Assembly: GCA_028534125.1 (NCBI GenBank)
Contig: CM052816.1
Span: 26,848,001 to 26,912,000 of the forward strand
Length of the DNA stretch: 64,000 nucleotides
Direction of reading: 5' to 3'
Source: Lama glama
Taxonomy: Eukaryota
Shown: piece after piece, positions 38,177-51,834 of the stretch
Numbering within the stretch: position 1 is the stretch's first letter
How the letters are laid out: every line of letters begins with the position of its first letter
Translations under genes and position numbers: made by a program
The notes under the pieces: generated by a model
The model's database searches: none
What the model saw: only the letters and a program-made list of their open reading frames with translations
What the model was told of the DNA's origin: nothing

Positions 38177-38263
38177 GGGGTGGATATAGCTCAGCAGTAG
38201 AGCACATGTTTAGCATGCACGAGGTCCTGGGTTCAATTCCCAGTACCTCCATTAAAAAAAAAA
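38177..38263 (+). mobile_element. tRNA-Ala-derived SINE / tRNA retropseudogene, short form
   Basis: tRNA-Ala(AGC)-like head directly followed by poly(A); 17-bp TSD with 2 mismatches at 38159-38175 and 38265-38281. Confidence 0.9.
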
Positions 38264-40679
38264 GGAAATACTGTAAGTTTTGACTTTTTACAAATCACAC
38301 CATATAAAACACTCTGCTGCTTCTTCTTTTTTTTTTTTTTTTGTATTTTGAGATTGCTATTACAAAATCTTTCTCAGTCATCTGAACCAAAATATATGCC
38401 TTAGGGCACTTGTAACTCAGTGCTCCTGAACCACAGGCCACATGTTATTTTCCAAATACTTTTGCTTCACACACTAAATGCTTCCTAAATGGAAGCAAAA
38501 AAAAAAAAAAATCACCTCCAATCAGACCCACTCTGCTGTACTCAAAATTAATAAGGCACACAACAACCGTTATGTATAATCTTGTAAGTGCTTGAGGACA
38601 GGAAATAGACACGGGGGTGAGGCGGAACCCAGGTGCGGGTGAGAAGTGGAGAGCACACGCCCCCGCTGACCCCAGGTTTACTCCTCTTACCCCAGCTCAA
38701 CAATCAATGCCACCCTTTTACTTTCAAAAGTATGTCAGTTTGGATGGTAAGTTCTGTGCTTGTTCTAAGAATGCAGAGGAACATCCCACCCCATGCAGGT
38801 TTTGTGGTCTTAGAGCTCTTTGTATACACCTGGTGTGTCTGTAGTTCATTGGTTTACAGGTATTTGTTTTTATTTACATATCCTCTACTTGACTCTTAGT
38901 TATTACTCTAATTCTGTCTCCAGTGCCTAACTGAGACCTTGTCAGCTAGTAGGTACTTAATTGTGGTTGAATGATTAATCCTGAGACACACACAACTCAA
39001 TGGACTAGAACATAACTAGTGGGACAGAGTTTAACAAGGAAGCTGGTGAATGGTCAGGTAAAATTCATTTAAACTTAAATTCTTAAGTAATACCTGTGAA
39101 TCTGAAAACCAAGATTGCAAATGTAATCTTACAGATAGGAGTAATGTCTAAGCTGGAAAGTGAGAAGGACTTTAAACTAGTGCTCGGAAAATAAAGGAAA
39201 ATCTTCAAACAAGTGTTCCTAGGGGAAAATGGCAAAGCTTTACTGTAAAGATTTTTGGACCCAGTTAATCAGTATTACTTGTATTTACTGAACCTCTAGA
39301 ATCAGTGGCTCAGACAGGCTACTCCTACTCAGCACATACTTCTTCTCATGGGTGGTGCAACTTCTCATGAACACTGGCAGAAAGGAACCCAACTGTCAGG
39401 AACTAATCCTCGCACACACTATTCCCACCTCCCAGTCTCCCTCCACTCCTTGCTGATAACTTCAGAGTGAAATCAGGATCCTTACCTAACAAAAAACCCT
39501 TGAAACCAAACATGCCTACCAGAGTCCTGTTTCACATCTGCATGGCTGGAATGTGGGTTATAAATATATACTACATTCTAACATATACTTCCACTGAGGA
39601 CATTAAGGACTTGAAAGAACTTTTCTGAACTGAAACGTCTATGTTTCACTTAAAATGACTCCTTGAGCCAACATCTTCACCAGGCCCATAGAAGCCAAAC
39701 AGGCAATAGCTCAGGGGTGGGTAGATGCCGGGGGAACAAGGCTGTTTTCCACATGGCACACGACCTAACACAGTGGTTTTTTTCCAGTTAAACTCCATGG
39801 AGTTTAAGTCACAAGTCAAAAGAAAAACTAATCTCAGATTTATTATCAAGAAACATTTGGCGTTCGTAGCTGTGTTCCCTTGGTCACAGAGTTCATTTTA
39901 AATAGAATGTTGAACAGGATTAAACACAGAAAGCCAAATTATCTGATGACTATGTAAATTACTAATAATTTAAGAGTCTATAAAATACAGACAAAAGCTG
40001 TAACTATAAGACAATTTTTTTTAAAACCTAGAAACGTAATTTTGGATTTGTAAAAAAAAGTATTTAGACATTTAATGACCTTAAAATAATTAAGAAATAA
40101 AAATTATATTTTATAAGTAAATTAAGCATTTCATTGGGTGACTGCTTTACTTCAACAACTGATTATTCTCAAGTTTCTCTTGCTCTAGTTTTTAAAACTA
40201 TGTTAAACTTAACCTACATAACTTAAGATTTCACAAAGGCTGTAAAAAACAAGCATGAGGTCTCCTGTCCCTACTGTACCATTTAACTCTAGGACCAACC
40301 AGATGCAGTATTCATAAATATATGTTTTTAATTTTAATGCACATTATTTTTATATATCTTTTAATGCACTTATTGGAAAATATTGTATAACCAGGAAAAG
40401 AAGAGAACCAGAATGCATCTGTACATGTAAATGGAGTATTTCAATTAGAAACAGTAGCCCACCCAGATGGAGCCACATCATAAATGGAGAAAAGCAGGTT
40501 GTCAAAGTAGGAAAATTTAGAAACATACCCCTCTCAAACAGATTCGCAAAGTAATTCTGCTTTAAATACAGGAGCATGGGGAAGATATACTATAGCAAAA
40601 CCAAAATTTAAGGATAATTGGGAAACAAAACAAAACATTAAACACATGGCTAAAAACTTTCCAGGTTTTAAAACTCCAT

Positions 40680-41560
40680 TCAACGTGGCCTTTCTTTCAT
40701 CCAACAAAGATGAACCGAACACTGTGCAGGTGCCCAGTACATGGGACATAACTGGGTGCATACAGCATAATCTGCGGGTCAGAGTTCACAGGCCATTGGC
40801 AGGCAGAGGGATGGGGACAGACCTGCTCACTGATCATTATGACACAGTGCAAAAGCTGGTATAAAAGAGACATCAACAGGGCACAGAGGAGAGTGCAAAC
40901 AGTTCTACCCGGGGCAGTCAGGCAACAATTCGCAGAGAAGAGAGTGTCTGGGCTGGGTACTGACTGGGTTCTCTGTCTTCAGGGCAGACATGGGCCCAGG
41001 ACTAGGGAACAACTAGTATAAAGACAGAGATCCAGAACTGATATGAGACATCTGTGCAATATTAATAAACTGGTATGAGTTGAAGCTTGGCTGAATCTTG
41101 GGGGAGGAGAGGGAAGAGGGGGGATTGTTGAGAGGAGGTTAAAAGGCAGATTAGGACAATACTGGGAAAGGGCTTTCTTAACCACACCTACAAGTCTGAA
41201 CTTGGGGCTGTGGAGAGGCAGGAGGCAGCAGAAATACTCAGAAAGGCAAATTCAAATGAGGCGTGGAGGGAACACAGCAAGGGAGAGCCTCTTCTAGAAG
41301 AGTGAGGTACAGGAAGTGGGGAGGAGACTGAGAACAGAGATGGGGGCTGTAGGTATTTCTGGTAAACAGGTGAATGCCCAGGCGAGGGAGAGACAATGAT
41401 GATCCTCATATTTTCTGTTGGGAACCTGGGTAGGCAGTGGTGCTCAGACTCAAAGATACACAGGACAAAAAAAAAAAAAATACTGTTTGTGTTTGGAAGA
41501 AAGAAAGGAGATGATGAAATCAGTTTTGGGGATCCTGAATTTAGGTACCCACAGGATATG
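40680..41560 (-). mobile_element. L2 LINE remnants
   Basis: catccaacaaagatgaaccgaacactgtgcaggtgcc...; gggaacctgggtaggcagtggtg...gatgatgaaatcagttttggg. Confidence 0.5.
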
Positions 41561-43038
41561 GAGAGGTAGACACCCTGTATGAAGCAAGACAAGGCAGAGT
41601 GATTCCAAATGGGCCACTGAGGAGGAGGTGCTGTGTTTACCTCCAAAGGCCAGGGTCAGATAGAACAGGAACAAGTATGCAAGACACTCCAAGGGAGAAG
41701 ATGGAGGGTCAAGATCCTGAAAGATAAATCTGTGGAGTCCAGGGAGCAATGACAGGACACAGAGTCTAAAGAGTCAGAGGCCAGGTAAACCTTGCATGAG
41801 AGTGTGGTATGGAACAAAGACAGCAGAGGAGCACCAGGTCCAAATCGTGGGCAGTAAAGAGGCTCGAAATGCCCAAATATCTACTGCACATCAGCCCCTA
41901 TGGACAAGCTGATCATCCCTGAATTCCAAGACCACTTATTATCTCTTTGTATTTTGTCCTTAAGCATACACTGGTTTTCACTGTTGTAAACTGCAGTCTC
42001 TTCAAATAGCCTGTATTCCTAAAGGAAAGAAATTGCATTTTGTCTTTTATTCTCCTTAGTGTCACCACAGTACAAAGCATAAAGTAGGAATATAAAAAAT
42101 ATCAGCTAGATGAAAACAAGCTATATTTCAAGAACTCCAAAACTTAGGTAGTATACCTAAGGAATACTTGAGGAATAGTTCCTCATAACAAATACTAGCA
42201 ATGTTTTGTCTTTTTAAAATATCTAGATCATTTTTTCATTAAAAAAAAACACTTAGTAAAGAAATAAAATTACGGACCTTGGGTCTTTGACAGGTAAGAT
42301 ATAACATACGATACCCATTTCCATATGGCCTTACAGAACTGAAATTTGAACATACGTACTTTCTAATGCATACATTAGTGTTTTCCCTGCTCTTAATTTT
42401 TTAAAGGTTTCATATTTCACATTTTAAAAAACTGCTTCTACTAATGCCCTTGTCTTTTTTGACCTGTGGTTAATCATTCTTCACAAAGTTTCCCCTTCCT
42501 CGGCTAGGAGAATTATCCTCACAAGAGCACATGCTGTCCTCGGAGATTAAGATCTCACTGAATTCCTTCATTGTTGGAGGAAGCACCTAGCAAAGAGTGA
42601 AGTTCAAATAACTGTTGAAGGAACATTATACTATTCAACAGAAGCATTCCTGATAGACTGTATGTTAATTTTTTTTCCTGGTGCAATGGTAAATTTCCAT
42701 TGATTTCACGATAGCTAAAGAAATAAGCCCACTCAAGCTACTGTTGCTACAGCAGCACCAACCCTCCCCTTAGAACATGTGATGCCAGAAGCCTCCCAGC
42801 AGCAGGTGATGAAAGTTATTTCACCAGGAATGGCAAAGAGCAAAGCTTTCTATCAAGCAAAATTTCTCAAAAATGGCCAGGACAGCTTACCACCAATAAT
42901 GCATATATATGGTAAGCCTCTAGCCACCAAAGAAAGGGTGGAAAACACAAGGTTCTTTGAATCCGACTCCTGGACTCTGACTTGGAAACTTCCCCATCAC
43001 ATCTGGCCACCTGCTTGGTAATAAAAAGCCCTGTAGAC

Positions 43039-43140
43039 ATATGGTTCTCAAACCTGGCTATACATTAGTGACCTGCAGGACAGTTTGAAATTATTAATGT
43101 CCAGGCCTCCAACCTGACCAATTAGACCTGAGTCTCTGGG
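43039..43140. mobile_element. MER5A-like hAT-Charlie fragment
   Basis: tggttctcaaacctggctatacattag...aatgtccaggcc...accaattagacctgagtctctggg. Confidence 0.6.
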
Positions 43141-45519
43141 CAGAAAACAGTATAAACAGATACATCCACCATCATGAAGATTCGACAGATGTTTACATTT
43201 TTCCATATTGACTTTGATTTCACTTTTTCGTTTAAGAAACGAGATGTTATTGATTTAGTTCAACCTGTATTTTAACATTCACTAGAACACCATCCCCTTC
43301 TTTCCCTGGTCTGAGATCTGCCCATAAATACACAACTGGAGATGTTGCTGGACTGGCCAGAGCCTGACTCTCTGACCCCAGGCACATGGATAGCTGCACT
43401 GTAGTACCCTGCCTGCAGGGACTTGGGTTTTTATTATTAATTAAAAAAGTTATAAATGGAAAGGGATTTTGAGTAAGCCCCACTGTGTTTCGACTGCATG
43501 TTTATTAGGTGTTGCAGCCAATTTCTCCCTGCCATCAGAGAGAACACACTGCCATTTTTATTATGTACATCAGGAAAAACAAGGTTGAAGGTAATTTAAC
43601 ACTGATTCTATAGAAGCACACCTAAAATTTCACTCAGACACATTCACTGTGAATCATCCTCTAAGTCACTGTGCATGAAAGTAACATCAACTTTCTTCTG
43701 AACAGAAAAACCACACGTAAGTATTTCACCCAAAAGATCACAATACACACACACAGCTTTCCAGAACATTTATACAGTCTTGATTTGTAATTACAAAACT
43801 GAAGAAAGGATTCTATGATACTGCTGATCTTAACACCAAAGCCTTGTAATGAATGAGTGAGCATCTTGCTTTACCCCCCATCCCCACCAAAAGCAACAGA
43901 AGACAAAAAGTCAAATACTTTCATTTTTTTAAAGGGCTCAGCAGGAGACGGAAGCCATAGAAAAAGTCTCAGATATTTAAACAATTCACTTCTTCCACTA
44001 ACATTATAGGAAGGATGATCAGTGAACAGTTTTTTTCTGTTACAAAAATTTTTTTAAAAAAATTTGAAATCTGAAAAGTAGCCTAATAAATATGGAGAAT
44101 ACCTAAAAACATTTAAGAAAAATTTTCAGATGCAAATGTGTATGTGCTTTTGCACACAGATTTATTCACTACATCTTCTTAGAAGATTTTTAAAAATACT
44201 CTTATGTTGTCACAATTAAACATTTGGAGTGAAGAAATCCTACCCCTCCTGACAAATAGCAATAAAGGTCTATATCAGGAGAGTGACATACGCAAGTGCA
44301 AAACAATCCACTTTTTTTCCATTTAACATGTTAGGTTATATATTATATTCTGCATCTTGTGACTGCACCCAAAACAAATATTTGTACATGTCTGTAAAAG
44401 CTCATAAATAGTAAGATAGCAGGATAGGGGAAAGAAAGAATGCAGTCATATTTTCTTAAAATAGCCTAAGAAGGTAATTTTTAAAAACAAAAATAGGAAG
44501 GGGTAAAAACAGTCTTGCTTACTTAAAAAAAAAGTCTTGCTTACTGTTAGGTGCTCTCTTTTTGAAAAAAACTGTAATGATACTTAATTTTAGAAATTCA
44601 TTTAATGACATCTTTGATTTCCATTTAATGTACACAGTGACACCTACTGGCATACTGATGAGGCAGTGAAGACAAGATCTGAAATTTACGCATAAGCAGA
44701 GAACTCTGCACTACATATGCTCATGCCTCTCATGTTAAAAGATACTTCCGTTAAGCATGATATTCTAAAACACTGAGTTGATCTAATGTTAGAAATAAGC
44801 TAGAGGAAAGCCCACATTTCTGGCTTTCAATTTTAAGTTACTGAGTGCCGTGAGAATGACACACATAGGGTTTTGGAGAATTAAGCATTCAGTTCACATT
44901 TTCCAAAAGCCATAATAAGCCTTTATTTGTGGTGGTTAAACCTCAGACCTCACTAAAGTCAGTATGTTTGGTTGAGGGCAGTCACATAACGTGATAATTT
45001 TTAAAAATCATATAAACCAAGAAAATAGTAGTTGGGAGGAGTCCACTGCTTTATAAACAAGCTGTGGGCTATTATAAATAAGGCGTGTCCTATTATAAAT
45101 AACCTGTAGTCTATCATAGAAACAAGGCAAGACTTATGAGACCTTTTTTTTGTCTGACTGTATATGTGCTATTGTTGAATTTGGTCATAGAGCGATAAAC
45201 TTGAGATGAAGCAGGTGGGGAAAATATGGGCAAGTGAATAGAGCATCCATCAGAAATCTGGTCAACTACAGGTGGTCCAACTTTAAAACAGAAACAGAAA
45301 GATTAGGGCAGGACAGGAGGTTTCTGAGATGATAGGAATGGTGGTTGGCTATGTGGAGGCACCAAAGTGTGAGAGCAGACCCAGTGCCTTAGACAGCAGC
45401 AACTAAATCAGCCTCGATCAAGTGGAACCAGAGAGAATGCCACCAATGTGTGCCTGGTAAGTTCTGACTACGAAGTCGACTTGTTGAAAGAATGTAATTA
45501 TCTAAAGAATAGGATATGC

Positions 45520-46243
45520 GGTGGGAATGTAGTTTAGTGCAGACATTATGGAAAACAGTATGGAGATTCCTTAAAAATCTAAAACTAGACTTACCATATG
45601 ATCTAGCAATCCCACTCCTGGGCATATATCCAGAGGGAACCTTAATTCAAAAAGATACATACACCCCAATGTTCATACATACAATAGCCAAGACGTGGAA
45701 ACAACCTAAATGTCCACTGACAGATGACTGGATAAAGAAGTTGTGGTATACAACTTGAATACAATTGAATACTACTCAGTCATAAAAAAGAATAATATAA
45801 TGTCATTTGCACCAACATGGATGGACCTGGAGATTGTCATTCTAAGTGAAGTAAGCCAGAAAGAGAAAGAAAAATACCATATAACATCACTCATATGTGG
45901 AATCTAAAAAAAGAAAAAAAGAGGACACTAATGAACTCCTCTACAAAACAGAAATAGACTCGTAGATATAGTAAGCAATCTTATGGTTACCAGGGGGAAG
46001 AAGGTGGGAAGGGATAAATTTGGGAGTTTGAGATTTGCAAATGTTAGCTGCTATATATAAAAGCAGATTTTAAAAAACAAATTTCTTCTGTATAGCACAG
46101 GAAACTATACTCAATATCTTGTATTAACCTTTAATAAAAAAATGAAAATGGATATATGTATTACATGCATGACTGGGACATTGTGCTCTACACCAGAAAT
46201 TGACACATTATAACTGACTATACGTCAATCAAAAAAAATAAAA
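45520..46243 (+). mobile_element. 5'-truncated L1 with TSD
   Basis: ORF2p end [53 protein letters not shown] at 45504-45516 and 46244-46256. Confidence 0.95.
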
Positions 46244-49200
46244 AAAGAATAGGATACACACCTCATGCCAAATTGGATTCCTGACGACGGCTGCACTGTG
46301 CTATGAAAGTTTCCAAGGCTGAGTCAACAGAAAAGAGCACTGGGATGGATTAGCCATGTCTGCCATGGGCATGAAGGGGAAAAAATTACAACACATGTGC
46401 CAAAGGTCTGCTACCTCATTATCCTAAGACTTAAAAATAAACAAGGAAACAACTCTGCTTCATAACTTCACCCATTTCTATCCTGCTACATTTTTTGCTT
46501 GTATATTTGGTCTCTGCTTTTGTTTACAAGTGAAATTTATTTTGAAAACAACCCTATCTTGGCTGAAATAAGGTGAAGGGGAGATTATCTTTGGCTAGCT
46601 AGAAAGACATGGTGCAGGTGGCAGGGACGATGGGTGAAGTGGGGCATTAACTTGGTAAGGGTGTGACTGGTGGCACGCATGGAACACATCATGCAGTGGT
46701 CCCCCCTGACAGGGGTGACAGTTGATCCCCCAGATTAGGCCTTTAACACAGAGAACACAGCCCAAGTGCAGCTCTGTGTCAAGTCACCAGGACTCCAAGG
46801 TACCTACACCCGGCCCAAGATGTGGGATACAACATGGTGTTAATTATCTCAGGGGAGTTGACAGCTAAATCCAAACAGCAAAGAACTCTCTTCTCCACCA
46901 GTAAATTACCTGACCTTTAGACCTGGCTATTATGTACTGCATTAGTTAGAAATGATATCATGATAAAATTAAGATGTTTTACCTAAAATTCATGTAAATG
47001 GAATAAGTTAATCATAAACAAGTTAATGGCTAAACCCATCCCCTAGGTTTGTTTCTTCCTCTAAACTCTTCTGGCTTATAACTTTCCTATTACAGATACC
47101 TGTTTTTTTAAAAAGTAATTTGTGTACATAGTAACATATCAAATGTGCAGACTAGGCATTAAAAGGCAAAGCATAGCTCCCAGCATCAGCCCTGCAACAC
47201 CTTTTAAATGTTTCTACTTTTAGGTCTTCTGGCTGTTATCTTCAGAACCAGATCAATAGACATATTCTACTTCTTGATTTGTCAACCTTAAAAAATATCT
47301 AATGACCCCCAAATGAAAAGTGAGGATCTAGCTCATTATATTACTTGCCACTTTGCTCAGCCCTCTCCAATATCTGAGAATTATGTCATTTTTAGTTCTT
47401 CTAATGGTTACTTTTGTAACTTTAAATCACTCTCTGTAAGATGTTCCTTAGTGCTTCTAAACTTCTCCTTGGACTTTTTTCTTCCTCCTTCTACCATTCA
47501 TAGCTACTCTTTTACCTTTACACTGTCAAAAATTCCTAACAGTTGCATTTTGATACCACCACCAAGTTTTCTCTTGTATATAAATTGGCTCTAAAAGCTG
47601 AAAACCCAATAGACAGGATTTACATTATTCTGAAATGGTAGATAAGGGAAGCAAAATAGCATGCTAGAGTTATTCATAGTCACAGGATCTGTCAAAAATA
47701 AAGTACCATAAAGGCAAGATACCAATATGAAAAAAATAATAAGAAAGCAATTTTAAGGAAAAGTATTAACAAACGCTGAAATAAAAGATAACCTTTTTTT
47801 TTTTTGCACAGTGGTTAAAACCTGTATAAACTTTTCATAGGTTTTTTGGTGGGTTTTTTTGGCCTAACTAAAATAAAACGTAAACTATCTTTTAAATGAT
47901 TTAACAAGATTTACAAAACTGTCCTTCAGCTCTAGGGAGTATTTATTTGACACTTACTTTAAAAATGAATCTCTATGTCTTGGGGGCTGACCACAGCAGA
48001 ATGAATGTCAAAGTGGGAATAGGTAACAGGCGGTTACAAGGGCAGGACAAATCTACACAATGAGGATGAACTCAGAAAGAGGAAGGCCAAATATTGCTCA
48101 AAGTCAGCCAGAAATCTGTAACCCTGGAGTCCACGTGCTCAGTTTCTAAGTTCCCTGAGCCAAGGTATACAGACCAGGTATAACCACAAACCAAGATAGT
48201 AATCATGTACAGATAACGCACTGTACGTAATTTGCAATGAACATAGCAATGCCAACATATTCAGAACACACTTCTACATCTACACTAAGTAGTCTGTAAT
48301 ACCATGCAATAACTGCATGTGCTATGCATTGAACATGTGACTCTACAGAACACAGTATTTCAAAATTCTACAAACAGTATTTCAAAATCAAATAAATCTC
48401 TGACAGCCAAAGCAACTAGTTCCCCAAACCATGAATGGGTTGTGTAACCATAGTTGTTTTTACTGCTCAAGAATTAAAGTCAGATATAAAGTTTCTTAAA
48501 AAGATAAAATAAATAAGATAGACTTCCCATTTTGGCTGAATAATATCAGTAAGAGAAAAAATTTTCCTAACTGTATTTTATCTTTAGAAAGTGCTGCTAA
48601 ACTAAAACAATTTCATGAAACCTAGCACTTGTAGCTCAATAAAGTATTTAACATTGATTTACTGAAGAGTATTCTCCTTAACTTAATAGGTTTCCTTTCA
48701 TTTTTACTTAGAAGCTAGACAACTATGTAAGGTGTGCTTCCATATATTGGTCTCAACCTGCTTCTAGGAGAATGTGAAGTCAGGTAACTCAAAATTATTG
48801 AGAATATCTATATTATATGAAACTACTAGATACTGGGCCATTTCTCTTCCTGGCCTACTTCTAAAACCTCCCTCCACTGGCCTGTAGCACTTCAAAGGCA
48901 GACAATATACCTTATTTTTCACTATATCACAAAGCAGTACTAAGACAATGCCTTGTCCATAGCAGTTGCTCAGAAGTATTATTTGTAGAAGCAAAATAAT
49001 GAAAACCCAAAAGCCCATCCATAGGAGACTAGCCAAATAATGAAGTAACATGTAGCCATTACAAATGAGGATTCTTATGAACTCATAGGGAGTGTTTTCT
49101 AGCATATACTGACTGAAAAAATAAACTGAAGAAAAAAGATTATATATAGTATGACACTAATTGTTATGAAAGGAAAAATAAGGAATGAAGATATAATAAG

Positions 49201-49439
49201 AGGTGGAGATTTATTAGGCTAAGTAAGGGTGTGTGTGTACAAAAAAGAAAAATAAGAAGTATAAACCAGAACCTAGTAACACTAGTTACCTATGGATATG
49301 TGCATAGAATGCAAGAGGAGCAAGACTTTTCCAAAAATGCCTTTTCTGTATAGTTTTGAGCCAAATAAATTACCCTACACATTCATAAATTTAAATTAAA
49401 TAAAAAGATAGAAAAACAAACCAACAAATAGAATAACAA

Positions 49440-50368
49440 AGAGAGAAAAGAACCTAATTGTATATTAAATTTTTTACGTTAACAATATAGAGTAAATAAT
49501 TCAAATGACTTTTGAATACAGTACTCTAACTGCACAAACCTAATGAGACGTATTCCAAGACAAAAAGGATTGCATACAGGTCTTACATTTTATTTAGTAG
49601 GCCACTGTTAGAATAATTTTAGTCTTGAAATGCTGGAATTTTTATGTATAAAAAAAGAGATATGTGAAATGTAGTCATAATTTAAAATGTGTATATACTC
49701 ATGAGTATGTTATACATAGTATATAATCAACTGTATAGACATAAGTATATATAATAACTATATATAAGTATGTAATATAACTGTATTTCTTAGTTCTAGC
49801 AACTGAAAGGGTCTGGTAGCAATGATAAACCATTGCATACTTAGCATACATATCTTTGTTTCTAGTTACCACACCCCAAAAAGGAAGCAGGGGTCCCTGG
49901 GAAAGTCTAGAATTACAAAAGTACACAGTGAACCTGCATGTCCTGTTGGACAGAAAGCAAGAAACAGTGATCAAAGACAATCGGGGTCATGTCAAAAGGA
50001 CACAAAGTCAACTTGAATGAGATCCCAAGGGACAAATCTGGGACAATTTGGGCATTAAAAAAGAATAATGACAACAGTAGAAAAAACTTGTAATTAAAAA
50101 AAAAATCCCCAAGTCTATAGAGATACGAGGGGAGAAGAAGGAAGGAGAAAAGTTCCTTGTCACAGAAGAATCCCAGTTAATAAATGTGGAAGAAATAATG
50201 GAATTAGAAAATCATTTTGCAACTATCAATGTAATAGCATAATCAGGCAAAGATCATTACTCTAGTTAACCACTGGGTCAAAGGAGTGAGATGTTATAAT
50301 TTAGGGGTGAAAGTAAGGGTGCAACTTACTTTCAAAGGGTTCATCAAAGAAAACTACATAAGTAAAGT

Positions 50369-50415
<47 letters not shown>

Positions 50416-50535
50416 AGAGAAAGAGAAAGAAAACAAAACAAAAGTGGCAAAATGTGAACTGCTGAATCTGAGTGAATATAAGCATTCTTTTGTACTGAGC
50501 TATCAATATTTTTTCAACATTAATCATTGGGGGAA
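49440..50535 (+). mobile_element. Old L1MC-type 3'UTR remnant
   Basis: cagaaagcaagaaacagtgatcaaagac...catgtcaaaaggacac...aaatctgggacaatttgggcattaaaa, and terminal aaagtggcaaaatg. Confidence 0.6.
50371..50412 (+). repeat. (GT)21 microsatellite
   Basis: Read directly. Confidence 0.95.
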
Positions 50536-51834
50536 AAAACAAAAAGAAGTAAGTCTGCTAGGATGACTACCCATTGCTGGTAGGTGCTAACTCTGTTACA
50601 GATGTATGACTTTGATTTCACAACACTCAAAATCTTACACTTACTATTCCTATTTCACTGACAGAAGCACCATTTTGGTCACGAGACAGTCTCCAACGTA
50701 CACACATACTTTGTTCTGTGTTCACTCCCAGGTCAATATCTACCATTCACAACACATTTCTTCACAGAAACATTAATTTTTGTGGCCAGCCCCAAAAAAA
50801 TCTATTCAAAGAATAATATAGCTGAATATAATAACAAGAATTTTAAAAAAAGTTAGTCTATACATAAATAAATCAGACCAAAGTCAATTTAATTTTTAAT
50901 AAAACTTGAAGATCTAGTAATATTTCTCCAGAATAATGAGAGGCCTTTTTTGGGAGGATGCATTATTGCTGGAATACCAATAAGTGTGGGAGGAGATAAA
51001 TGAAAATCTGAAGTAATCCGAAACTTATGCTTTAAAAAAATAAATTGGATTTTATTTTTTAAAATACAGATACATTGTCACTGTGAAAAATGCAAACGAA
51101 ACAAAGTTAAAATTCCCACATTCTTCCTCCTCTAAGATACTATCTTCCATAGACGTAACTAAGATTATCAACTTGGTGTATATGCGTAAAACTGATTTGG
51201 TGTTTTCCTCCATAGTCTCATACTATACACAGCATTTTTTTTTAAATTTAACACTTCGCTTTAGAGAGTTCTGAAAGTTATCTAACTCAACATTATTTTA
51301 AAGAATAGAATATGACAATATTAGAATAAATAAAATAAGCATTTTAAATTCAACACTCTTGAACAATTTCAACCAGAAAACAAAATATCCTCAGGTAAAA
51401 AGCAAAACAGCATTCAGAAAAGCTTCATACGGTCAAATATGAAAGAAATGATAGTAAATCCTCAACTTGAAAAAAAAATCTGCAGTATAATAATTATGTT
51501 ATGACTACACATTTGTCTGGAAGGGCATATACCAAACTATGACCCTGAGAGGTGAGAAAAAGGGAAGAAAAGAGGCTTTTAGTTTTTATTTCACACTCTT
51601 CTGAATTATTTAAATTGTCTTACAATTCTTGCAGGAAGTTACTGAAGAGATAAAAGTTTTAACTAATAATGTTTTTACATAGGTACAAGAGAATTATGAT
51701 TAAATTCACTGCATATCTAAGGCTTATTTCCTTAAAAATAATCATTTATAGTCAAACAAAGGATAACACTGGGGACTTAACAGTTAGGACAGGGCTGGCT
51801 TTAAAAAAACCCTTCTAAAGGGAAACCTTACAAG

